Assembly: GCA_963832745.1 (NCBI GenBank)
Contig: CAWHVC010000004.1
Span: forward strand, 32,001 to 96,000
Length of the DNA: 64,000 nt
From: Candidatus Bathyarchaeota archaeon
Lineage (GTDB): Archaea > Thermoproteota > Bathyarchaeia > Bathyarchaeales > Bathycorpusculaceae
Direction: 5' to 3'
Below the pieces are notes generated by a model. That model saw nothing but the letters and a program-made list of their open reading frames with translations, did no database searches and had not been told where the DNA came from. Below are positions 1 through 10,556 of this stretch, piece after piece; positions within the stretch are counted from its first letter, which is position 1; the number at the start of each line of letters is the position of its first letter. The position numbers were made by a program, and so were the translations under genes.

Positions 1-413
1 GGCACACGTGATTGTTCCAAAGCCAACCCAAGATGGTCAGGCGAGGTTGTGAGGAAGAAAACTGAGAATGATTCAACCAGCACAACAAAGCGCATTGTCA
101 TAGCTACGGCAGCTTCAATTTCGGGCACTGTTATGACGTAATTGTGGGTTAAGAAGGTTGTAAGCACGTTTAGTATGAAGATGAAGCTGGCAAGGAAAGC
201 AGCACCCCGAAGTGAACGCAACCACTGCTTTTGAACTCGTGCAAGAAATACGAAAGGCAACTGCATAAGAAACAGAATCGCAAGTGGCAGCACTTCATAA
301 AACAAAATTGCACTAATGAAGATGGCTATAACGTATACAAATTTGATTCTTGGATCCAGATTATGGATTGGAGAGTAGACTTTTCGGAATTTTAAGCCGT
401 CAAAAACGCTCAT
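1..413 (-). CDS. ecfT: ECF transporter transmembrane component T (5' part; runs off window start)
   Basis: Hand translation from ATG at 413: MSVFDGLKFRKVYSPIHNLDPRIKF...FFLTTSPDHLGLALEQSRVP. Has the LDPR-K and LTT-P motifs of EcfT/CbiQ and an ATGA overlap with the ecfA2 stop. Confidence 0.9.
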   Translation of the reverse strand, partial: MSVFDGLKFRKVYSPIHNLDPRIKFVYVIAIFISAILFYEVLPLAILFLMQLPFVFLARVQKQWLRSLRGAAFLASFIFILNVLTTFLTHNYVITVPEIEAAVAMTMRFVVLVESFSVFFLTTSPDHLGLALEQSRV

Positions 414-1243
414 CGGTGTTTACCCTCCTTGGCTTTGGATAGTATCGCCGTTTCGGCTTCGTCAATATCAATAATGTCAGCGGGCAAACCTAACGGTGAA
501 AGTTTGGTGAAAACCTGAGCGATTTGTGGAAGCACAATAGAGGATTCCTGAAGCAGTTGGGGGTTGGTTAAGATTTCTTTGGCTATGCCGTCAGCAACGA
601 TTTTGCCGTCCCGCATCAAAATAACGCGGGGATTACATTCAGCCACAAACTCGACGTCATGAGTAACCATAACAACCGTTTTCTTCTTTGTTTGCAACTG
701 CATAACGAATTGGCGCAGCTTCTCCTTCTGCTCATGATCCTGACCAATAGTTGGTTCATCCAGCACCAACGTTTCAGGATCCCAAGCCAAAACCGAAGCC
801 AACGCCACACGTTTACGTTCTCCACCACTAAGCAGAAACGGAGAAGTTTTACGGTACTGTGAAAGCGAGAGCAAATCCATTGCCCAAGTTACACGTTTTT
901 CAATAGTTTCTTTGTCAAAACCAAAATTTTTTAATGCAAAAGCGATTTCGTCTTCAACGGTTTCGCTGAAAAGCTGATTATCGGGATTCTGGAAGACAAA
1001 GCCAACGTTTCTTGCAAGGCCTGCAACGCTGGTTTTTGTGGTTTCAACGCCGTTCACGCGAACAGTACCTGATGAAGGCTTTAGCAGTCCGTTGAAGTGT
1101 TTGATAAATGTGGTTTTTCCTGCGCCGTTTTGTCCCATGATTGCTATGAATTCGCCGTCTTTGATGGTTAAGGAGACTCCTTTTAGAGCTTCCACGTTGT
1201 TAGCGTACGAGTAGTGGATGGCCTCGATGTCAATCATTTGCAT
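410..1243 (-). CDS. ecfA2: ECF transporter ATPase
   Basis: Walker A GQNGAGKT, FQNPDNQLF, LSGGE, LDEPT; adjacent to ecfT. Confidence 0.92.
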   Translation of the reverse strand: MQMIDIEAIHYSYANNVEALKGVSLTIKDGEFIAIMGQNGAGKTTFIKHFNGLLKPSSGTVRVNGVETTKTSVAGLARNVGFVFQNPDNQLFSETVEDEIAFALKNFGFDKETIEKRVTWAMDLLSLSQYRKTSPFLLSGGERKRVALASVLAWDPETLVLDEPTIGQDHEQKEKLRQFVMQLQTKKKTVVMVTHDVEFVAECNPRVILMRDGKIVADGIAKEILTNPQLLQESSIVLPQIAQVFTKLSPLGLPADIIDIDEAETAILSKAKEGKHR

Positions 1244-2082
1244 AACGTCTCCAAGAGTTGCTCTGCAAGTTCGTCTGAGGACAGAGGCGTTTTCTTGTCG
1301 ACATTAAAGCCGTCATTCTTTAACTTCTTATAAAGCAAGGTAGCTTTAGGAATACCTACACCGATACTGCGGGTTTCTTCTAAGCAAAGGATGTCACGGG
1401 GGTTTCCTTCAAGGCAAATTTTGCCTTTATCCATCACAACCAAATGATTTGTGTATTTGGCGGTTAAATCCAACCGGTGTTCAACTAGCACAACCGTGAT
1501 ACCCTGCTCTTGATTAAGTTTGTAAATAACCTCAAAAATCTTCTCTGCACTCAATGGGTCAAGAAAAGAAGTTGGCTCATCCAACACAATAATTTCAGGC
1601 TGCATAGCCAAAACAGACGCAATTGCTACACGTTGCTGCTGACCGCCCGAGACTTCATGAGGCGACCTCTCACGCAAGTCATAGATTCCCGTCAAGTTAA
1701 GAGCCCAATCAACACGTTTACGCATTTCCTCACGGGGCATACCAAGATTTTCTAGGCCAAACGCGACGTCTTTTTCTACGCTTAACGCGAAAAGTTGGTT
1801 TTCGGGGTTTTGAAATACGAGGCCAACGTGTTTTGCCATGTCAAAGGTTTGGTTGCAGGTTATGTCTTGTCCTGCTACTATTACTTGGCCTTGTAGTTCG
1901 CCTTGATAGAAGTGGGGCACTAAACCGTTAAAGCATCGGCACAACGATGTTTTTCCACAACCGCTTGGGCCTGTGATAAGCACAAATTCGCCCTTTTCTA
2001 TGTTAAGAGAAACACCGTTAATAGACGGTTTAGAAGCGCCGGGATAAGTATACACGAGGTCTTTTATTTCGATTATCGCCAT
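1234..2082 (-). CDS. ecfA1: ECF transporter ATPase
   Basis: GPSGCGKT, FQNPENQLF, SGGQQQR, LDEPT; tandem with the second ATPase. Confidence 0.92.
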   Translation of the reverse strand: MAIIEIKDLVYTYPGASKPSINGVSLNIEKGEFVLITGPSGCGKTSLCRCFNGLVPHFYQGELQGQVIVAGQDITCNQTFDMAKHVGLVFQNPENQLFALSVEKDVAFGLENLGMPREEMRKRVDWALNLTGIYDLRERSPHEVSGGQQQRVAIASVLAMQPEIIVLDEPTSFLDPLSAEKIFEVIYKLNQEQGITVVLVEHRLDLTAKYTNHLVVMDKGKICLEGNPRDILCLEETRSIGVGIPKATLLYKKLKNDGFNVDKKTPLSSDELAEQLLETLCK

Positions 2083-2135
2083 CGCACTTGTGCCTGCTAG
2101 ACATTAAGCGTGAACATAGCTTCATTTAAGCGTAG

Positions 2136-3131
2136 CTACGCATTAGTGGGTATTTTGTCCTTCAAAAGCTTTAAGCACTTATCTAATGCGTCGTCGAGTT
2201 CGCCTTTCGCGTTTACGCCTGCGGCCATTGCATGACCACCCCCCACGCCTCCAAGGCTTTCACCCATAGGCATGGCAATGTCTTTTCCAAGATGAATACC
2301 GGTTTTTTCGGTAAAGTCGCGGTTGCAGCGTAGGCTGACTTCAAGTTTGCCAGTTTTCTTTCCAGCAACAGCTGCCATGTGTGCGCCCAAGTCGACAAGA
2401 GATTTGGCGGCTGAAGCTTCATAAGCGCTAACATGGGACAACGCAATTATCCATTCACCTATTTTGACGATTTTTGCTCTCTTACACGCTTTAAGTTTGG
2501 CTAACCGTTCGGAATTGTCGATTGGGTTTTGGAATAACGCAAGCATCGCTTGAGCGTCTACACCGACGTTAACAAGTCCGCCTGCGATTCTGAAAGTGTC
2601 TGAGTCACCAAGTGCGAAATGGCGTGTATCAAAAGCTATGCCGGTGAATAGGGCTTTGGCTTCGTTTAAGGTGAGTTGGATGTTTGCGTTTTGGTATAAG
2701 TCGTAGATTATTTCGCATGTTGCGGCTGCTTTCTCGTTTATGATGCAAAATTTGCAGATTTGCTCGGTGTCCGGATTGGGGGTGTGATGGTCAATTATTA
2801 TCATAGGGGCTTTTGAGGATTTTAAGCGGCCAACGATTTCGTCAAGTTGTTCAACTGTGTTCATGTCAATTAGGAAAATGATGCTTGCAGATTCAATATT
2901 TGGTTTAAGGTTAACTGTGATGGGTAAGTTTTCAAGTAACTGTTTTGTGGGTTTGTTTATGCCTTGTGGGGCCCCGATTTCTACTACTAGGTCGGGTAGA
3001 AACCGTTTAAGTAGGCCTTGAAAAGCGTAAGCTGAACATACAGCGTCCGCGTCTGCGCTTTTGTGGCATAACAACAGTACAAACGTGGCTTGTTGTTCTT
3101 TTAGAATATCTACGATTTGGTTAATGCTCAT
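2136..3131 (-). CDS. DHH/DHHA1 phosphoesterase (NrnA-like)
   Basis: H-x-x-DAD, IIIDHH, DT and GGGH motifs. Confidence 0.88.
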   Translation of the reverse strand: MSINQIVDILKEQQATFVLLLCHKSADADAVCSAYAFQGLLKRFLPDLVVEIGAPQGINKPTKQLLENLPITVNLKPNIESASIIFLIDMNTVEQLDEIVGRLKSSKAPMIIIDHHTPNPDTEQICKFCIINEKAAATCEIIYDLYQNANIQLTLNEAKALFTGIAFDTRHFALGDSDTFRIAGGLVNVGVDAQAMLALFQNPIDNSERLAKLKACKRAKIVKIGEWIIALSHVSAYEASAAKSLVDLGAHMAAVAGKKTGKLEVSLRCNRDFTEKTGIHLGKDIAMPMGESLGGVGGGHAMAAGVNAKGELDDALDKCLKLLKDKIPTNA

Positions 3132-3427
3132 AATAGTGTTCTCAAAAAGTTTTCACTTGCCAAATGTGCTTGTGCGACTGCTTCTTTTACCAGCGCATCA
3201 GCGTCAACATCTTTGGCTTGGTCGTTTAGGACAAGGTTTATTTCAACACTTAAATTGACGGGTTTTGTGCCTTCAGCTTCAACCGTTATATCTAGGCGGT
3301 CAACCATTTTAGAACTAATTTTAGTTTGAATATGTTTACGGGCAGCGTTTTCAGCTGTCGCACATAAAGTCTCAATTTGCTCGGTAGTTAGCTCGGGTAA
3401 GCCTAGCTCTACCAAGAAACATTTCAC
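3128..3427 (-). CDS. DUF3194-like archaeal protein
   Basis: Small acidic protein (ELTTEQIETLC..AENAARKHI) in the usual archaeal pfdB-DUF3194-DHH order. Confidence 0.7.
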   Translation of the reverse strand: MKCFLVELGLPELTTEQIETLCATAENAARKHIQTKISSKMVDRLDITVEAEGTKPVNLSVEINLVLNDQAKDVDADALVKEAVAQAHLASENFLRTLL

Positions 3428-3440
3428 CTAAAAAAGAAGT

Positions 3441-3809
3441 TTACTGTTGACCCGCTGTCGGGTTTATTTCTTCTTGAAGTTTGGCTTGTGTTTCTTTGAC
3501 TTGGCTGCGGATGCGTTCTTCTTGCTTTGTGATGACTGTGCTGCGTGTTGCGAGGAGGTCTTTGCGTTCCGTTAGGTCTGCGGTGATTTTGGTTTTGTCA
3601 GATTTTACCAGCAGTGAGCCTATTGCTTTGTAGATTGCTGCGTCGTCTGCGGTTTTTGTCATTTCAGCCAGTGTCTGTTCTACTTCGCTTTTTTCCATTT
3701 CAACCTGCTGTTTCTGTGCAAGGATGGACTGTAGGGTTTGCTGTAGCTGTTGGAGCCTTAGTAGTCTTTCTTGAACGTTAGGTGGTAATTTTGATAATTC
3801 GTCACTCAA
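3441..3809 (-). CDS. pfdB: Prefoldin beta subunit
   Basis: LPPNVQ..L..LQQLQQ coiled coil and IYKAIGSLLVK beta-hairpin. Confidence 0.93.
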   Translation of the reverse strand: MSDELSKLPPNVQERLLRLQQLQQTLQSILAQKQQVEMEKSEVEQTLAEMTKTADDAAIYKAIGSLLVKSDKTKITADLTERKDLLATRSTVITKQEERIRSQVKETQAKLQEEINPTAGQQ

Positions 3810-3974
3810 GTTTTAATCCTTCCGTAACAGGCAATAAGCAAGGCTCAATAATAAGCATTTCCAACATTCGAAGCGAAGGCGAATCGTGAATTACTAAATG
3901 TTTTTGGCACGTTTTTCAATCAATAGCTTCCTTCCCGTTTTCGGGTTTTTTTGAATTGGAAGCGTTTGGATGAG

Positions 3975-4056
3975 CCTACCCTTATAGTTTTTACCTACCC
4001 CCTATAGGTTTCTGCATAGATCTGCTATTTGGAGCCTAATAGACGGCTAATAGGTT
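3975..4056 (+). repeat. Dispersed intergenic element, copy 1 (with a tandem partial 5' unit and an inverted 18-mer)
   Basis: ACCTACCCCCTATAGGTTTCTGCATAGA at 3993-4020, followed by CTATTTGGAGCCTAATAG; matches copies at 19173 and 35324. Confidence 0.8.
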
Positions 4057-4224
4057 GGTGAGCAACATAGAGCTTCAAAGAAAGCAATGAAAAGCAGTGA
4101 ACAGCGAAATACAGTCGGGCACTAGCATGGCCCATTATGGAGCTTCCCGCCCAACACAAGCCACAACCAGCCAGCCCATATAAGCAATTTTGGCAACTAA
4201 AAAGAAGAAATAAAAACATGTCTA

Positions 4225-4395
4225 ATAAAAAAGTATGTTTTCAAACTTCGCCAGATGTGCCCGATTTTCATAGCTCGTCATATTAAGAGGCAATTAGCAG
4301 TCTTATAAGGTCGAACGTTGTCCTTCTTACCGCCAACAATAAACCGTTTTCTCTGGCCTCTTTATGACTTCAAAGCGCTTTTTGAAGCTCACCGC
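4225..4395 (-). pseudogene. Possible remnant of a class III aminotransferase C-terminus
   Basis: Switching frames gives KEARENGLLL..GGKKDNV..IRLL.PLNMT, which resembles the aminotransferase III tail. Heavily disrupted. Confidence 0.3.
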
Positions 4396-4689
4396 CGAAT
4401 ACTATTTATTACTTGGGTTGGTCTGCTTTTGTATTTTTGTATTGGCAAATATCACTCTTCTTAAAGTTTTGGCTGTTAAAACTCGTAAAAGTTTTGATGG
4501 GGTTTTTTGAGGAGGCATCGTTGGCTCGAAAGCAAGTTGGAGTTTATAATTTATGTGTCATATTAAGCTATGAATTTTGTCGTAAAGGATATAAGCATAG
4601 GATGGTTATGGCTAATATGCCTCAAGCACAATATGCTTTGGGAAAGCATTAGCATGAAAGTGTAAACACAAATTGGGTGAACCAATTGG

Positions 4690-5142
4690 AGAAAAACAAA
4701 CAAACCTCAACCCACAAACCAAACTACCAGAAGAACTAAAAACAAACTACATAAACCACCAGAAAAACCTCCGCTCATATAGAACAGTTGAAGACTGCGG
4801 CAGCGCTGAAACTTTGGAACACCCGCGGCTACCGTGATATACAATTCGATGTCCCTAGTTGTTTGGCGAGAAGACAGTTTTCGTTAAGGTTCTGGCAAAA
4901 CATGCAGACGGCACTGTTGTTGGTGTCGAATGCGTATCAACCGTCAACCTAAAGCAGTTACACAAACGAATTGCAACATTGCAAAGTTGTTTGCCACCCA
5001 ACACATACCTTATCGCAGTTTTCCCCGAAACCCTTGAAAAACAAGCTGAAACAGCAACCCAATTCTCCAATGAAGTATGGTTAACAGGCAAAAACGGCAC
5101 AGTCACCAAATGATGTTCGGCTCATATTTAGGAAAAGAATGA
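4690..5142 (+). pseudogene. Frameshifted hypothetical protein, possible nuclease-like fold
   Basis: Pieces EQLKTAAALKLWNTRGYRDIQFDVP / FGEKTVFVKVLAK..VVGVEC.. / MMFGSYLGKE* lie in different frames. Start approximate. Confidence 0.5.
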
Positions 5143-5367
5143 CCCAACACACCAATAAACAACACCAACCTACACCCTATATGTGAAATAGTTCTAAAAC
5201 ACCGATTAATTGAGCATTCGAGACTTTTGTGTTTTAAATGCTTGACGAAATATAATTTAGAGCCTAAAAAATTAATTTGAACCATCAATTTTAGAACATA
5301 AAAAATTTTTTAATGAAAAATGTTATAACGAAAATAATTACTACAAAGAGGACTTAGGGGTAAGGCG

Positions 5368-6472
5368 TTGAAAGTCTCTGAGCAGAAATACACGTTTGAG
5401 AGTTTTCTTGATGAGCTAATTAACAATGGATTATCCGATAGAGAACGATTGAGAATTGTTTGCTATACAACCGATGAACCAGAGTGGGGTTCACGACCGC
5501 TAAATGGGTTATCACTACTAAGTACGTTTGAAACAAATGCGGTTGAGATAAAACCTCTTGGGGCTATAATGAGGTTAATCGCTCATTATTATGATCATCA
5601 AGTCGACCAAAATAAAGCAGTCACTTATTATGCTTTTCTTGATAGCACAAAAAATTGCTTCTTTGTTTCACGAATGCAACAGGATATGAAGTTCATCAAA
5701 CCCTCGATAGAATAGTTCTGAAAAATTCAGGGCTATATAATGCGTTTTTGGGCTCGCCTACAATGCTAAAGGTCGAAAGATTATTTCTAGAACAATATCA
5801 AGACACAATCATTAAACACTTCTCAGCCAAAAGAAATAGACAAAACATTTTCAAGAGTGAAATTCGCCCTGATTTTGAGAGAAGTATAGAATATACAGGT
5901 CTTGATGGAAAGAGCGCTTTAGAGGAAGTCAGGCGTATCTACGGTGTATCACCACGAATTATTCACTTTGAAATACCTGATTTTGGGCTCTTCAAGATTT
6001 ATTCAAGCGGTCAATTCTGTATTGAAAAAGGGGGCGTTAATGCAAAACGATACCTACTCAAAGTCACAGAATTTGCAACAGAAGATGCAATCTTAACGCG
6101 GAAAACAATCGAATCATCTAACTTCAAGAAATTGTCAGTTGAAACTCAACGAAAAGTCTTATTATTTCCTAAATTGAAGCCATGGCAAATCAAGTTCAGT
6201 ACTCCTGTTGACTTCGAAGCAGGTCAAGGTTTGGTTGATACCTTAAGAGAAAATAACTTTGAGATGTTCAACCATGTTCTTGAAAAAGGGTCTTTAACAC
6301 TAACGGGCTAATTACTGACAGACAAAAAGATGTAATTTTCACTATTGACGCCAACTCCAACAGGTTAGTTGTCGCCCCGCTCGAACAGATATCTTTCGAC
6401 TCCTTCCTCCGTTTCTACCAAGTCGTTATTGAGAATTTTGACCCTAATGCAGAATGCGAAGTGTTTGAATGA
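5368..6472 (+). pseudogene. Hypothetical protein (~370 aa) split by two frameshifts
   Basis: ORFs 5368-5715 and 5655-6311, plus a third-frame tail LITDRQKDVIFTIDAN...NFDPNAECEVFE* ending at 6472. AT-rich. Confidence 0.6.
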
Positions 6473-6482
6473 GGTGATTCGG

Positions 6483-7520
6483 ATGAAAGAGTACAATAAC
6501 TTGGTAAAAAAATTGGGCGATAAAGAGAAAGAATCACTGAAAAAACATTTTGAACCGAAATTAGAAGCCCTGAAAATTATATGGCGGGATGAGATTTGCA
6601 CAGATGCCAAACATCTCGAACTAGTTAACATTTGCTATAATCTTTTTACCAGAAGCACAAGCATAAACCATGTTACGGGTTATAGAGTTATCTTAGTTGA
6701 CCCGCTTTTCACACTCGGAATAAAAAATTTCGACTTAGCTCTATATAATGAAGATATCAAATAGTAATTTTGATTGATGCAAAATCTTCGATATCTGAAA
6801 GGGGCATAGGCTATACTATCGATGATACTCACAAGCGTTCAATGGCTGCCGCAAACAAAGATAAACTGGAATTGTTTATTGGAAAGTCTATTGTTAAAAT
6901 GGAGTTTGCTATACTAACGCCCTCTTATTATGCTTTAGATTTAAGCAAAACTATCCAGACAAAGAATAAAGAAATTTGCGTTTGGGCATACTATCACGAA
7001 CCTAATAAGATAAAGCTAATACAGCCTTCAAGTGAAACCGTTCCAATTATGAGAGCAAATGGAAGAACTCATTCAGATGAAAAACTGCGTCAGATATTAC
7101 TAAAAACAATAGAGGCTAGAATGGGAGCTTTAAGAAGTTTACAAATAATGCCTACATCCCATATCTTCACTAAATTTGAGTACCTTGCGAGCGTTTCTTC
7201 ATTATTTTGGGACAACAATCCCAAGATAAAGGCTCATTAGTTATTCAGCGTTTATTAACCTGTTAAAGCAAGCGTATAGTTCAACCGAACTAATGAAGAG
7301 GGAATTGAATCTGAAACTAAGAAAATTATCAAATCAGGATTGAAGAAAATTGTTCAAAAAGGTCAATTTAGAAGAGCATATTGCAACATGTGAATTTACA
7401 ATTGCCTACAAACGCGCGTCTCCTGAAAAATTTAAGATGAATACATAGAGAATCACACTATTGACAAAGTTTATCAAGCGACAATAGCAGAGTTCAGAAG
7501 AGCTAACGGTATAATTGACT
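6483..7520 (+). pseudogene. Putative PD-(D/E)xK nuclease-fold protein, frameshifted
   Basis: GAGGTG SD then ATG at 6483 (MKEYNNL..). NFDLALYN..[frameshift]..ILIDAKSS resembles D..(D/E)xK. Further fragments to ~7520; end approximate. Confidence 0.5.
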
Positions 7521-7652
7521 AAATGATCTCTAACAGTTTGGCCTTCATAAAATAGCGTTTTGCTCTCTCCTATGAGCGGTTCTAGCCTGAAGCGGTGCCT
7601 GCTTTGAAACGGGTGTAGGGAAAGGAAAGTATTGTAAGGCAGTTTTGCTGGC

Positions 7653-7683
7653 AGTCAAAGTTTCTTGACGAAAACGCTTTTTC
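7653..7683 (+). promoter_or_regulatory. GTCAA-N6-TTGAC inverted repeat next to a BRE/TATA-like sequence
   Basis: AGTCAAAGTTTCTTGACGAAAA, nearly identical to 8391-8412. Confidence 0.55.
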
Positions 7684-7717
7684 TATTTACCACAAACCAC
7701 AACTTATCGATAGAAAA

Positions 7718-8342
7718 ATGAAAGTTATTGTCTACCTGCTACTTGCCCTACTTGTTTCTTCAACAATGTTTGGAGTTTGCAACGGAAAGGTGTGGTTTGA
7801 AGGAATCGATCCACAAGAGGCACAGGAAGTCAGACTTCTAAGAACATGGCAAAATACCTATTGAAAGCTCACGCAGGTCCTGCCAATGTGTGACCTAATT
7901 TTGAAGGAAACGGAACAACACAGTATTAACCTAAGCATTACTGTTACCACTTGGGCATTGGGTTATCAAAATGAAAACTTTGAAACTTGGCTCTCCATCG
8001 ACAACCAAGAACCAGAAAAACTAGTCAGGTATTCTACCATGTACGCCTTCTGCCGCTGGAGAGTTTTATGAACGCCAATACACTACAAACCTAAGCGGGT
8101 TAGCGGATGGTACTCATTTAATAAAAATTCGAGTAGCAGGCGAATGTTACGGTCCCAAGAGTGGCAATTATGATTGCGAGGGCAACGTTTCAATTATAAT
8201 TGACCAAGGTCAAACTGAACCCCTAACTAATACAGAATCATTTCCAAATGCAACCGTAACAGCCACTATCGACCTCATTATTGGAGTTGTAATAGTTGCC
8301 GTGGTCTTTCTAATTGTACATAAGCGAAATATCATTAAGTGA
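7718..8342 (+). pseudogene. Secreted, C-terminally anchored protein, frameshifted
   Basis: Signal-like MKVIVYLLLALLVSS.. at 7718, middle ORF 7886-8071, and TM tail LIIGVVIVAVVFLIVHKRNIIK* ending at 8342. Confidence 0.55.
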
Positions 8343-8390
8343 CAATTAGAATGGTTGTCCAATCACCCAAAGTTCCTATCAGTTACTAGT

Positions 8391-8421
8391 AGTCAAGGTT
8401 TCTTGACGAAAATTCTTTTAT
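8391..8421 (+). promoter_or_regulatory. GTCAAG-N4-CTTGAC inverted repeat next to a BRE/TATA-like sequence
   Basis: AGTCAAGGTTTCTTGACGAAAATTCTTTTA; second copy of the 7653 motif. Confidence 0.55.
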
Positions 8422-8465
8422 GTTTAGTTAAGCGTCTGACTAAAATGGAAGTGTCAACAAGGATT

Positions 8466-9080
8466 ATGCAAAACAAAGTGCTTGCAGCAACGTTATTGCT
8501 TCTACTATTGGTGCTATCGTCACTTTCTTTAATGCCGAGTGCTGAGGCAAATTTTGTTTCTCCGCCTGCAAATCCAGAAATCCACTTTTTATCGCCAGTT
8601 AATACAACTTATAGCTCAAACAATATTTCGATAAATATTGGGTTTGAAACTTACAAAACTAGCTATTATGCTGGCCCTAGACTTGAGTCTTCGAGGCAAT
8701 TTCAGTATGCTTTAGATGGAGAAGAATATCAACGGATTAGAATAACCAATGCAAGTATAGGTCAAAACCCGGGGAGCCAAGTTTGGTTTGAAGGATTAAT
8801 TCAGTTGCATAACCTCACTGAAGGGCTGCATAATTTAACTGTGAAGGTTGTATTCAATTATAGTGAGCCATCGTATCCTCCAAGTCAAAATTACAATATC
8901 CATACTGAGACTATTTCAAACGCCTATCTCGTAATAGACAGTCAGTATGACTCGACGCATAATGCCTTAGAAACGCCTGTTTATCTCTTAATAATTGGGT
9001 CGGTTGTGGCAATAGCACTTGTCAGTTCAGCAGCTCTATGCGCTTACCGAAGAAGACAGAAAACTAAACCCACATCCTAA
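8466..9080 (+). CDS. Secreted Ig-like protein with C-terminal TM anchor
   Basis: Signal peptide MQNKVLAATLLLLL.., I..LSPVNTTY..YALDG..LTEGLHNLTV, then TM + RRRQK. Start moved from 8355 to lie downstream of the promoter motif. Confidence 0.75.
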   Translation: MQNKVLAATLLLLLLVLSSLSLMPSAEANFVSPPANPEIHFLSPVNTTYSSNNISINIGFETYKTSYYAGPRLESSRQFQYALDGEEYQRIRITNASIGQNPGSQVWFEGLIQLHNLTEGLHNLTVKVVFNYSEPSYPPSQNYNIHTETISNAYLVIDSQYDSTHNALETPVYLLIIGSVVAIALVSSAALCAYRRRQKTKPTS

Positions 9081-9094
9081 CAGCAAATTGCAGT

Positions 9095-9853
9095 TTATGG
9101 TTGTCCGTCGTCTTTTAATGCATCACCAAAAATGCGTCTTAGTTCTCGTTTCATGGATGCTGTGTCTTGTGTTAATCCGAAGTAGTCTGCGAAGTAATCG
9201 GTGGTTTTGAGTGCCATGCTTCGGCCTACGCGTTCTGAACCGATTAAGCCCATGTCTTTGAGCATTTTCACGTGACCATATGCGTGTTGGCCTCGGACTT
9301 CAACAACCCGTTTCTGGGTGATTGGTTGCCTAAACGCGATGTATGAAAGTGTCTTTAGAGGACCAGAAGAGAGCAAGGGACGGTTGACAAGTTTTTTGAT
9401 TAAGGGGGTAAATTCGGCTTTAACCTGCAAAACGTACCGTTCATCTTTTAGCGCCAAAATTTCCATGGGCGAGTTTCTTGCAGCGTACTCTTGCATGACG
9501 AGTTCCGTGTATTTTTTGACTTTCTTTTTTGAACGGCTGTTCACTGCTTGGCAAAGCTCGTTTAGGTCTAAGGGACGTCCTGCAACGTATAGGGCTGCTT
9601 CGATTAAGGCTAAGTTGCGTTTTAGTTTTTCTGCAGCTTGGGCTTGATTAACCTCTTTTGCGTCGTCATCGTCGTCTTGTTCTGCTTGGGGTTGAGCTTC
9701 AACTTGTTTAGCGGATGGTTCAGGCTGGGCAGTTGCTGGTGTTGACTGCTCAATTGGCACGGCTTGTTGTGCTGCCTCGGCTGGTTGAACTGGCACCTGC
9801 TGCTCAGTTGCCGCTGCCTGAGTGTCACTTAAATGGTGGTCCGGCTTTTCCAA
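9095..9853 (-). CDS. scpB: SMC-Scp complex subunit ScpB
   Basis: IEAALYVAGRPL, TLSYIAFRQPITQ..VEVRG, TTDYFADYFGL; Q/A/P-rich N-terminal extension. Confidence 0.93.
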   Translation of the reverse strand: MEKPDHHLSDTQAAATEQQVPVQPAEAAQQAVPIEQSTPATAQPEPSAKQVEAQPQAEQDDDDDAKEVNQAQAAEKLKRNLALIEAALYVAGRPLDLNELCQAVNSRSKKKVKKYTELVMQEYAARNSPMEILALKDERYVLQVKAEFTPLIKKLVNRPLLSSGPLKTLSYIAFRQPITQKRVVEVRGQHAYGHVKMLKDMGLIGSERVGRSMALKTTDYFADYFGLTQDTASMKRELRRIFGDALKDDGQP

Positions 9854-10556
9854 CTTTTAGGTTCCCCACTGCAATATACAATTCTTCTGTTTCTTCATTT
9901 TGCCACAAGCTAACTAAACCATCTTGCGCAAGGAAGAGTAGATAAATGAACATTCTTAAGGCTTCTATACGAGTTGCCCCTTTAATCAGCGTTGTGAAGT
10001 CAATGATGCCTTGACCATGCACCTTCTCAACCAGTAACGCGTAAAGTTTGTCAACCTGATTCTCTAATTCGGCAATAAAGCGGTCGAATTGTGGAAGCAA
10101 ATCTGAAACAGCAGGCAAAACAGGCGTTTGAGCCACCATTCGGTCGAGCCTTGAAAGTTTTTCGCCCTTTAAGACTTCATCTAAGACTTCAAGCAGATGC
10201 TGAATAGTAGTTGAAGTCAACTCGTGACGCAAGGGCAAAAACAGTGGCGGTGGTACAAAGTCTGGTGGAAGCCTCTGGACTGCTGGTGGAGGCGGCTCCT
10301 GCAAAGTCAAGAGCAACTTTGATTTCATAAGGTAAATCAGAGCAGATGAATCAAGAGCGACGCCTGAAGCTCGAAAATCCACTTTACCTGTGTGATCCAT
10401 TTCTGTAAGGAAGGAACGCAGCAGATAAGCAATGTTAACGTTCCAAGGTGTGCCAAGTTTGTCTATTTTGCTAAGTTCAAAAAGGATGTTCCAAGGTGGA
10501 CGCAAATAGAACGGCTTGCGAGTTGGCGCGGTTGGAGGCGGTGTTGTGGACGCCAT
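9825..10556 (-). CDS. scpA: Kleisin ScpA
   Basis: PWNVNI, SALIYLMKSKLL, FIYLLFLA..G.VSLWQ; lies between smc and scpB. Confidence 0.88.
   Translation of the reverse strand: MASTTPPPTAPTRKPFYLRPPWNILFELSKIDKLGTPWNVNIAYLLRSFLTEMDHTGKVDFRASGVALDSSALIYLMKSKLLLTLQEPPPPAVQRLPPDFVPPPLFLPLRHELTSTTIQHLLEVLDEVLKGEKLSRLDRMVAQTPVLPAVSDLLPQFDRFIAELENQVDKLYALLVEKVHGQGIIDFTTLIKGATRIEALRMFIYLLFLAQDGLVSLWQNEETEELYIAVGNLKVGKAGPPFK

Noticed and set aside
7570-7625. GC-richer patch at the end of the AT-rich island, considered as a tRNA fragment or att site
   Set aside because: No cloverleaf or T-loop consensus and no matching second copy in the window.
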